In this document: piece by piece, positions 7,802 to 14,525 of the stretch | Numbering within the stretch: position 1 is the first letter of the stretch | Layout: the number at the start of each line of letters is the position of its first letter | Source: Candidatus Fraserbacteria bacterium | GTDB taxonomy: Bacteria > Bipolaricaulota > Bipolaricaulia > RBG-16-55-9 > JANLFV01 | Assembly: GCA_037446135.1 (NCBI GenBank) | Contig: JBBIJD010000024.1 | Coordinates: forward strand, 1 to 14,525 | Direction: 5' to 3' | Length of the DNA stretch: 14,525 nucleotides | Made by a program: the position numbers and the translations under genes | Notes under the pieces: model-generated | Databases searched by the model: none | What the model was told of the DNA's origin: nothing | Seen by the model: only the letters and a program-made list of their open reading frames with translations

Positions 7802-8688
7802 GATCGGGTTTCGTGGGGGTCCTAGGCCAGGCTAATGTCGGGAAATCGACCTTCATCAATACGATCCTGGGGCGGAAGGTCCTGATCGTCTCGGAGAAGA
7901 TCCAGACGACCCGCAACCGGATCCGCTGCATCTACAACGATGAGGATTCTCAGATCATCTTCGTCGATACCCCGGGGCTCCACAAGCCGGTGAACCGGCT
8001 CAGCCGGTATCTGGTCCAGCAGGCTTATGGGGCCCTCCAGGGGTTAGACCTGCTCCTATACATGGTCGAGCCGTGGGTTGAGGTCCAACCCTACGACCGT
8101 GAGATCTTCAAGCGCTTAAAGGAGCTGAAGCTCCCGGCGATCTTGCTCGTGAACAAGGTCGACCTGGCCAAAGGGAATGAGGTCCCGGAGACACTCAAGA
8201 ATTACGGCGCGCTCGGGCTCTTCAAGGAGCTAGTTCCTATTTCATGCAAGGCGGGGCTCAACCTCGGGCTGGCCCTCCGGCTGATAAAAGAGAACTTGCC
8301 CGAGGGGCCGGCCTACTTCCCCAAGGAGGAGCTGACCGACCGATCTGAGGAATTCCTGATCGCGGAGTTCGTGAGGGAGCAGATCTTCCAGTTGACCTAC
8401 CAGGAGATCCCTTATTCCACGGCCGTGGAGGTCGTGGAGCTCCGCGAGCGAGAGCGGGAGGAGGACCACCTGATCGAGATCTATGCCGACATCTATGTGG
8501 CCCGTGACTCCCAGAAGGGGATCCTCGTTGGAGAAGGGGGCCGAATGATCCGCGAGATCGGGACCCGGGCGAGGAAGGAGATCGAGCGGCTTCTCGGAAC
8601 CCATGTCTATCTCGACCTGCGGGTCAAGGTCCGGAAAGACTGGGTGGAGGATGAGCGCCAGATCGCCCGCCTGGTCGGGCAAGATTGA
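7798..8688 (+). CDS. era: GTPase Era
   Basis: GQANVGKST, QTTR, DTPG, NKVD, EIPY and C-terminal KH domain (SQKGILVGEGG...IREIG). ATGA overlap with hutH. Confidence 0.97.
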   Translation: MRSGFVGVLGQANVGKSTFINTILGRKVLIVSEKIQTTRNRIRCIYNDEDSQIIFVDTPGLHKPVNRLSRYLVQQAYGALQGLDLLLYMVEPWVEVQPYDREIFKRLKELKLPAILLVNKVDLAKGNEVPETLKNYGALGLFKELVPISCKAGLNLGLALRLIKENLPEGPAYFPKEELTDRSEEFLIAEFVREQIFQLTYQEIPYSTAVEVVELREREREEDHLIEIYADIYVARDSQKGILVGEGGRMIREIGTRARKEIERLLGTHVYLDLRVKVRKDWVEDERQIARLVGQD

Positions 8689-8728
8689 ACTGAACTAAGC
8701 CTAGCCGGAGACCGGCCGCCAGGTTGAA

Positions 8729-8758
8729 TTGACATATGGGCGCAGGAGGGGCTAAAAT
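8729..8758 (+). promoter_or_regulatory. Near-consensus sigma70 promoter for the cyclase-GNAT-racemase-deoC-recO array
   Basis: Perfect TTGACA (8729-8734), 18-bp spacer, TAAAAT (8753-8758) in an AT-richer gap after era. SD-like AGGAGGTGA at 8776-8784. Confidence 0.75.
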
Positions 8759-8801
8759 TAGCCAAATCGGCAGGCAGGAGGTGAGGGGCCGTAAAGGGGC
8801 C

Positions 8802-11711
8802 GTGGAGAGGCAAAAAGGGGCTCGCGAGGCGGAGGCTATAGCCGCTCTCTCGACCATCATCACTGATTCTTCCGGCCTGGAAGAGCTCTTAGAGAGGGCC
8901 TTAGGCCTGATGCTCGAGGCCGCGGGTGCTGAGGCTGGTGGGATCTACCTCCTCGATGAGGATAGTCGGGAGCTTCGGCTCAAGGCCCATCGCGGCCTCT
9001 CTGCGGAATTCGTCTCCTGGGCTAAGGCCCATCCCCTGGGGCAGGGGCTGACCGGGCGGGCCGGGAAGGACCGCCAGCCGGTCCTCTGCCCCGATCTCCT
9101 AAAGGAGTTCCCCGAGCTGGCCGAGACCATCCGGCGGGAGGGCTTCCTCGGCCAGGTCAGCCTCCCCTTGATCTTCCAGGAGAGGCTCCTCGGAGTGGTA
9201 AACCTCAATAGTCGGGAGGCCCTCGATCTCCCGGAGGAGGAACTCCAGACCCTCGTCCAGCTCAGCGAGCGGCTCGCCCAGGCCGTGGAAATCGGGAGGT
9301 TACTGGAGCGAGAGCGGGCCCGGGCCAGAAGGGAGGCCGCGCTCGCGGCGATCGGGAAGGCCCTGAGCCGGGCATTCGAGCCGAGGGCCTTCCTCAGGAC
9401 GGTCTTGGACGAGCTGCTTTCGGCCCTCGCATTCGACATCGGGGCCGTCTACCTGATTGAGGGAGAGGAGTTCGTCCTCGCTTCCCAGCGGGGCCTCTCC
9501 GCGGAGTTCGCGAAGGCGGCTGAGCGGAACCCGCTCGATCACTACATCCTCGGGAGGGTCATCCGTTCCCAAGAGCCTCTCGAGGTCCATGAGTTCTCCT
9601 CGCCCATCACGAAGGGGGAGGGGATCGAGTATGCCACCTATATCCCGCTGATCGTGCAAGATAAGCCTCGTGGGGTATTGATTATCGGGGGTCGGGGGGG
9701 AATGGCCCTCCGGCCGGAGGAGAAGCAGCTCTTAGAGGCCGTGGGAGCCCAGCTCAGCTTAGCCTTAGGCCAAGCTGAGGCCTATCAGAAGATGATGGAG
9801 CTCAAGGAAAGTTACCGCATCTTAGAGGAGTTCCTCGAGGAGATCCTGGAGAAACTCCCCGTGGGGATCTTAAGGCTCGATCGGGAGGGGAGGATCGTCT
9901 ATGAAAATCGGGCGCTCCGGGAGATCCTCAGTGTCCCGGGGGAGAGGTCCAAGGCCCTAGGGCGGAAGATCACTGAGCTGCCGAATGTCATCGAGGGCGG
10001 GCTCGTCCCCGAGCTGGAGACCCTCCTCCGCTCCGGGAAGGAGATCCGGCTCGAGGCGGTCTCCTACACCTCTCTCTACGGGAAGCAGGTGGTCCTCTCG
10101 CTCGTCGGGCTCCCGCTCTGCGATAAGGACGAGGCCCCTGACGGCGCGCTCCTCCTCATCGAGGATGTCACGAAGGCCCAGGTGAGCGAGCGGCTCCGGG
10201 AGAGCCTCCTCGAGGTGGCCAATGAGATCCTCAGCTCGGAGGAGATCGAGCCGATCCTCCGGAGGGTGGCAAGGGCGATCATCGAGCTCTCGCCCTTCCA
10301 GCGGGCGGCGATCTCGCTCTATGATCTGGAGCATGAGCCGCCCATCGAGGGGAGCCTCGTCCGGGCCGTTGCGGCCGGGCTGACCCCTGAAGAGGAGGCC
10401 CGGCTCCTCCAGAGCAGCCTCTCACCCCAGCAGCGGCGGCTCGCCTTCAGCGAGCGGTTCCGGATCGGGAATTCTTACTACATCCCCCACGACCAGATCC
10501 CCTGGGGGAAGGAGCTCGGCCTCCCAGGGAGGGTGAGCCTCGATGGCTGGCATCCCGAGGACTTCCTCTTCATCCCCCTGAGGGGCGAGCGGGGGATCAT
10601 CGGCCACATCTCCGTCGACGACCCGCGGGTCCCTCAGGCCGTGGATAAGGCCGTCCTCGGGCCGCTCGAGGTCTTCGCCAGCTTGGCAGCTCTGGCAGTA
10701 GAGCGGGCCGCCCGCTTGCAAGAGCTCCGGCGGCAGAAGGAGCGGCTGCGGGAGATCTACCGGTTCAGCCACTACTTGTTGAGCGAGGCCGGGCTGGAGG
10801 GCCTCTTCCAGAGGGCGCTGGAGATGCTGGACCGGGAGTTCGACTACGATTATGCTACGATCCAGCTCCTCAAGGGCGAAGAGCTGGAGGTGGTGGCTGA
10901 GCGGCTGAGGGCCATCTGGGAGGGCTCCTTCCTGGGGAGGCGGATCCCGCTGGGGAAGGGGCTCTCCGGCTGGGCCGCGGCCCATCGCCAGTCTGTCAGG
11001 GTCAATGATTGCGCCTCTGACCCCAGGTTCATCCCCAGCTTCCCGGAGATCCGGGCCGAGCTGGTGGTCCCCCTCCTCTTCGGGGAGGAGCTCCTCGGAG
11101 TGATCGATGTAGAGAGCCAGAGGGAGGGGGCCTTCGCCCCGGAGGACGAGGAGCTCCTCGGCTCGATCGCGGCCCAGCTCGCGCTCTCCCTAAAGGAGCT
11201 CTTTGAGAGGGAGGCCCTCCAGGAGATGGCGATCCGGGACCCGCTCACCGGGCTTTACAATCGGCGCTACCTCCACGAGGCGATGGCCCGCGAGTTGGAG
11301 CGCTCTCGCCGCTACGGCCACCATCTGGCCCTCATGATGATCGATCTGGACAACTTCCGCGAGGTGAACAACCGCTACGGCCACCTCAAGGGGGATGAGG
11401 TCCTCCGCGAGCTGGCCCAGCTCTTGCGGGAGAATGTCCGGGCCAGTGACCTCGTCTTCCGCTACGGCGGGGACGAATTCCTCATCTTGATGCCCGAGAC
11501 GGAGAACGAGGCCTGGCAGGTGGTCCTGCGGCTCAAGCGGGCGGTCGAGGAGTGGAATGAAAAAAGGTGGCGCGCCACTGGGCTCGAGCTTAGGGTCGGG
11601 CTCTCCATCGGGGTGACCATCTGGAAGCCGGACAAGGCCGAGGAAAGAGAGGTCGAGGAGCTCCTCGCCGAGGCCGATCGGCTCCTCTATCGCGAGAAGC
11701 GCCAAGGGTGA
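8802..11711 (+). CDS. Multi-sensor diguanylate cyclase (GAF-GAF-PAS-GAF-GAF-GGDEF)
   Basis: GAF motifs (GQGLTGRA..., PLIVQDKPRG, FIPLRGERGIIG, GKGLSGW...VPLLFGEELLGVIDVES) and PAS (PVGILRLDREGRIVYEN). DPLTGLYNRR, DLDNFREVN..YGHLKGD and RYGGDEF with RxxD I-site (RASD). No obvious transmembrane segment. Start uncertain: the track's ATG 8736 lies inside the promoter, so GTG 8781 or 8802 is more likely. Confidence 0.92.
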   Translation: MERQKGAREAEAIAALSTIITDSSGLEELLERALGLMLEAAGAEAGGIYLLDEDSRELRLKAHRGLSAEFVSWAKAHPLGQGLTGRAGKDRQPVLCPDLLKEFPELAETIRREGFLGQVSLPLIFQERLLGVVNLNSREALDLPEEELQTLVQLSERLAQAVEIGRLLERERARARREAALAAIGKALSRAFEPRAFLRTVLDELLSALAFDIGAVYLIEGEEFVLASQRGLSAEFAKAAERNPLDHYILGRVIRSQEPLEVHEFSSPITKGEGIEYATYIPLIVQDKPRGVLIIGGRGGMALRPEEKQLLEAVGAQLSLALGQAEAYQKMMELKESYRILEEFLEEILEKLPVGILRLDREGRIVYENRALREILSVPGERSKALGRKITELPNVIEGGLVPELETLLRSGKEIRLEAVSYTSLYGKQVVLSLVGLPLCDKDEAPDGALLLIEDVTKAQVSERLRESLLEVANEILSSEEIEPILRRVARAIIELSPFQRAAISLYDLEHEPPIEGSLVRAVAAGLTPEEEARLLQSSLSPQQRRLAFSERFRIGNSYYIPHDQIPWGKELGLPGRVSLDGWHPEDFLFIPLRGERGIIGHISVDDPRVPQAVDKAVLGPLEVFASLAALAVERAARLQELRRQKERLREIYRFSHYLLSEAGLEGLFQRALEMLDREFDYDYATIQLLKGEELEVVAERLRAIWEGSFLGRRIPLGKGLSGWAAAHRQSVRVNDCASDPRFIPSFPEIRAELVVPLLFGEELLGVIDVESQREGAFAPEDEELLGSIAAQLALSLKELFEREALQEMAIRDPLTGLYNRRYLHEAMARELERSRRYGHHLALMMIDLDNFREVNNRYGHLKGDEVLRELAQLLRENVRASDLVFRYGGDEFLILMPETENEAWQVVLRLKRAVEEWNEKRWRATGLELRVGLSIGVTIWKPDKAEEREVEELLAEADRLLYREKRQG
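11567..11578. repeat. Perfect 12-bp palindrome GTGGCGCGCCAC, copy 2, in-frame within the GGDEF domain, encoding WRAT
   Basis: Identical to 5356-5367 and in the same codon phase. Removing it turns EEWNEKR-WRAT-GLEL into EEWNEKSGLEL. Confidence 0.75.
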
Positions 11712-12586
11712 CTGAGCGCATGGGGCTCGAGATCGAGATCCGCCCGATCGCGGACCACCAGGCCCTCCTGGAGTGCGAGCGCCTCCAGCGGGAGATCTGG
11801 GGCTTCAGCGAGCAGGCGGTCGTCCCGGATCACCTGCTCCTCACGGCGATCAAGGCCGGTGGCTGCCTCCTCGGGGCCTACGATAACGATCGGCTCATCG
11901 GGTTCGTCTTCAGTCTCATCGGCCTCCAAGAGGGGAGATTGAAACACTCCTCGCTGATGGCCGGGGTCCTCCCCGAGGCCCGCTACCAAGGTGTCGGCTA
12001 CCAGTTGAAGCTGGCCCAGCGGGCCTTCGCCCTAAGCCAGGGGATCGACTTGATCACCTGGACATTTGACCCGCTCCAGAGCGCTAATGCCCACTTCAAC
12101 TTCAAGAAGCTGGGGGTAATCTCCAGCCGGTATGAAGAGAACTACTATGGCGATATGCGAGATCAGCTCAATGCCGGCCTCCCGAGCGACCGCTTCCTCG
12201 TCGAGTGGTGGCTCACTTCCCCAAGGGTCGAGGCCAAGCTCGAGGGGAGCTATCCCCTCCCCAGGATCGAAGAGCTCTTCTCCCAGGGCACGGGACTAGT
12301 GAACCGGACCGAGCGAGCGGATGACTGGCTCATCAACTCCGGCTATCAGCTCGAGCTAGCGGGGGCCAAGCTCCTCGTCGAGATCCCCACCGATACCCCG
12401 GAGATGAGGGCCCAAGCCCCCGAGCTGGCCCGCCGCTGGCGAGAGGAGACCCGCGAGGTCTTCGGGCACTATCTCTCTCGAGGGTATCTCGTCTCGGAGT
12501 TCATCATGGAGGCCGGGCACCAGCGGGGGTTCTATCTCCTAGAGAAGGCCCCTAAAGAGGAGGTCCTCCACCGAGTCCGAGGATGA
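11708..12586 (+). CDS. GNAT-family acyltransferase, likely succinyl-CoA:D-amino acid N-succinyltransferase type
   Basis: LQREIWG, acyl-CoA motif RYQGVGYQLK, ITWTFDPLQ..NAHFNFKKLG, NYYG and GLPSDRF.VEW. Directly upstream of an OSBS/NSAR gene. GTGA overlap with the cyclase stop; alternative start ATG 11720. Confidence 0.85.
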   Translation: MTERMGLEIEIRPIADHQALLECERLQREIWGFSEQAVVPDHLLLTAIKAGGCLLGAYDNDRLIGFVFSLIGLQEGRLKHSSLMAGVLPEARYQGVGYQLKLAQRAFALSQGIDLITWTFDPLQSANAHFNFKKLGVISSRYEENYYGDMRDQLNAGLPSDRFLVEWWLTSPRVEAKLEGSYPLPRIEELFSQGTGLVNRTERADDWLINSGYQLELAGAKLLVEIPTDTPEMRAQAPELARRWREETREVFGHYLSRGYLVSEFIMEAGHQRGFYLLEKAPKEEVLHRVRG

Positions 12587-12591
12587 GATAG

Positions 12592-13704
12592 ATGATGATG
12601 AGGATCGAGCGGGCCGAGCTGCGGTGGCTCGAGCTCCGGCTGGTCAAGCCGTTCGAGACCAGCTTCGGTCGAGAGGAAGGGAAGCCGGCTCTCATCGTCG
12701 CCTTATACAGTGAGGGGGCGGTCGGCTGGGGCGAGTGCGTCGCTTCGAGCGGCCCGTGGTATTCCTATGAGACAGTCGGGACGGCCTGGCAAGTGCTCGA
12801 GGAGTTCCTCCTCCCGAGGGTCTTGCATCAAGAGTTCGTCAGTCCGGAGGCCCTTTGGGAGGGGCTCAGCCCGATCCGAGGCCATAACATGGCCAAGGCG
12901 GCCCTGGAGATGGCCGCTTGGGACCTTGCGGCCAAGCTCAAGGGGCTCCCGCTCGCCGCTCTCCTCGGAGGGGTCCGCGAGCGGATCGAGAGCGGGATCA
13001 GTATCGGGATTCAAAGCTCGATCCCCCAGCTCTTGGAGGAGATCGCCCGCCGACTCGAGGAGGGCTATCCCCGGATCAAGCTCAAGATCAAGCCCGGCTG
13101 GGATATCAATATTCTAGAGGCGGTCCGGGGGCGGTTCCCAAAGATAAAGTTGCAGGTCGATGCCAATGCCGCCTACACCATCGCGGACCTCCCCCTACTT
13201 AAGGAGCTCGATCGGTTCGGGCTCTTAATGGTCGAGCAGCCCTTCGCCTACGATGACCTAGTGGACCATGCCGCGCTCCAGCGGGAGCTTTCGACCCCGA
13301 TCTGCCTCGACGAGAGCATCTCCTCACTCAATGCGGCCCGAGCGGCACTGGCGCTCGGGAGTTGTAAGGTCATCAACATCAAGCCCGGAAGGGTCGGGGG
13401 GCTCACCCAAGCGGTCGCGATCCACGATGAATGTCAAGCGAAGCTTGTCCCGGTCTGGTGCGGCGGGATGCTCGAGAGTGGGATCGGGAGGGCCCATAAC
13501 CTCGCGCTGGCCAGCCTCCCAAACTTCTCCCTCCCCAACGACATCTCTGCCAGTCGCCGCTACTGGGAGCATGATATAATCGAGCCGGAGTTCGAGTTGA
13601 ACAGGGATGGGACGATCTCCCTCCCCAAAGGGCCGGGGATCGGAGTCGAGGTCTTACAGGATCGGCTGGAGGCAGCAACCGTCAGGATGAGGAGCTATGA
13701 CTAG
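12592..13704 (+). CDS. menC: o-succinylbenzoate synthase / N-succinyl(acyl)amino acid racemase (enolase superfamily, NSAR/OSBS subfamily)
   Basis: PFETSFG, GWGEC, KxK (IKLKIKPG), metal ligands DAN, EQP and DES, NIKPGRVGG, WCGGMLE. No men genes nearby and a GNAT neighbour, so a racemase role is likely; the symbol reflects the family only. Confidence 0.9.
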   Translation: MMMRIERAELRWLELRLVKPFETSFGREEGKPALIVALYSEGAVGWGECVASSGPWYSYETVGTAWQVLEEFLLPRVLHQEFVSPEALWEGLSPIRGHNMAKAALEMAAWDLAAKLKGLPLAALLGGVRERIESGISIGIQSSIPQLLEEIARRLEEGYPRIKLKIKPGWDINILEAVRGRFPKIKLQVDANAAYTIADLPLLKELDRFGLLMVEQPFAYDDLVDHAALQRELSTPICLDESISSLNAARAALALGSCKVINIKPGRVGGLTQAVAIHDECQAKLVPVWCGGMLESGIGRAHNLALASLPNFSLPNDISASRRYWEHDIIEPEFELNRDGTISLPKGPGIGVEVLQDRLEAATVRMRSYD

Positions 13705-14368
13705 GAAGGAATTGGCGGAACGGATCGACCATACCGCCTTAGGGCCGGAGATCTCGCCCGAGCGGCTCAAGCAGCTCTGTGCCGAGGCCAAGGAGTTCGG
13801 CTTCTACGGGGTCTGCGTCAACCCCTGGCATATCGAGCTTGCGAGGAAGGAGCTCGAGGGCTCCCCGGTGAAGATCGTGACGGTCATTGGCTTCCCTCAC
13901 GGGGCGACCCTCCCCCAGGTCAAGGCCTACGAGGCCAAAGCGGCGGTCGAGGCCGGTGCGGACGAACTCGATATGGTCATCAACATCGGCGCGCTCAAGG
14001 CTAAGGATTACCAAGTGATCTTGAAGGAGTTGGCCGGGGTGAGGGAGGCCCTGGTCCGGGCCCCAAAGAGGATCATCCTCAAAGTCATCCTGGAGACCGG
14101 CCTCCTCACTGATGAGGAGAAGGTGGCCGGTGCGATCCTCGCCCAGGCCGGCGGGGCCGATTTCGTCAAGACCTCGACCGGGTTCGGCCCAAGGGGTGCG
14201 ACCGTCGAGGATGTCAAGCTCCTGAAGGCCGCGGTCGGCCCACAGATGAAGGTGAAGGCCGCCGGGGGGATAAGGGACTACCAGACGGCTGTGGCGATGA
14301 TCGAGGCCGGGGCGGACCGGCTCGGGACCAGCTCCGGCGTGGCGATCATCACGGGGGCACCCCAATAA
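13697..14368 (+). CDS. deoC: Deoxyribose-phosphate aldolase
   Basis: IDHT, VIGFPHG, GADELDMVINIG, KVILETG, Schiff-base FVKTSTG, KAAGGIR and RLGTS. Confidence 0.97.
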   Translation: MTRKELAERIDHTALGPEISPERLKQLCAEAKEFGFYGVCVNPWHIELARKELEGSPVKIVTVIGFPHGATLPQVKAYEAKAAVEAGADELDMVINIGALKAKDYQVILKELAGVREALVRAPKRIILKVILETGLLTDEEKVAGAILAQAGGADFVKTSTGFGPRGATVEDVKLLKAAVGPQMKVKAAGGIRDYQTAVAMIEAGADRLGTSSGVAIITGAPQ

Positions 14369-14369
14369 A

Positions 14370-14525
14370 TTGGCCCTCAGCAAGGCGACCGGGTTCGTCA
14401 TCCGCTCTCTCGATTACCAGGAGAGCTCGAGGATCGTCACTCTCCTCTCCCCCCGCTTGGGGAAGCTCTCCCTCCTCGCCAAGGGGGCCAGGAAGATCGA
14501 GAGCCGGTTCGGGGCGGCACTGGAC
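14370..14525 (+). CDS. recO: DNA repair protein RecO, N-terminal part; truncated by the window edge
   Basis: Translated by hand from TTG 14370: MALSKATGFVIRSLDYQESSRIVTLLSPRLGKLSLLAKGARKIESRFGAALD. Matches the RecO N-terminal OB fold (E.xRIVTL...GK...AKGAR..SRF), in an era/deoC neighbourhood. Confidence 0.92.
   Translation, partial: MALSKATGFVIRSLDYQESSRIVTLLSPRLGKLSLLAKGARKIESRFGAALD

Noticed and set aside
8443..8460. RERERE stretch in era, with a 13-bp match GAGCGAGAGCGGG also at 9306
   Set aside because: Low-complexity Glu/Arg coding, best explained by codon usage or local slippage.
8704..8716. Hairpin GCCGG-AGA-CCGGC after era as a possible terminator
   Set aside because: Only a 5-bp stem with no U-tract, which is insufficient support.
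11085..11667. Recurrent 12-14 bp palindrome (C)GAGGAGCTCCTC(G) at 11085-11096, 11147-11160 and 11654-11667
   Set aside because: Encodes the common peptide EELL with the preferred codons GAG and CTC, at normal domain positions with no sign of insertion. It does show that codon bias can create repeated palindromes.
1..14525. High frequency of CTCGAG, GAGCTC, GATC and TCGA as a possible HIP1-like motif
   Set aside because: Adequately explained by CTC, GAG and ATC codon pairs. A codon-aware enrichment test would be needed to claim more.

Overview
GC-rich (about 65%) bacterial chromosomal region that is almost entirely coding, with two divergent gene arrays meeting at an 80-bp intergenic region (6237-6316). 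Minus strand: hutI-ispE-cmk-plsC-ispH-rpsA-plsY (partial). Plus strand: hutH-era, then an internal sigma70-type promoter and a GAF-GAF-PAS-GAF-GAF-GGDEF diguanylate cyclase, a GNAT acyltransferase, an OSBS/N-succinylamino acid racemase, deoC and recO (partial). I found no RNA genes, CRISPR arrays or transposases. The most notable signal is the perfect 12-bp palindrome GTGGCGCGCCAC. It occurs in the same codon phase in two unrelated genes (hutI and the cyclase) and adds the peptide WRAT each time. Removing it restores the expected HutI motif and gives a plausible GGDEF loop, which suggests a tiny in-frame coding-sequence insertion element. Other signals are apparently complete avoidance of ACGT and GTAC, an IspE with two large palindrome-rich insertions, and hut genes heading essential-gene arrays from back-to-back, probably leaderless promoters. 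Taxonomy cannot be fixed from the window.
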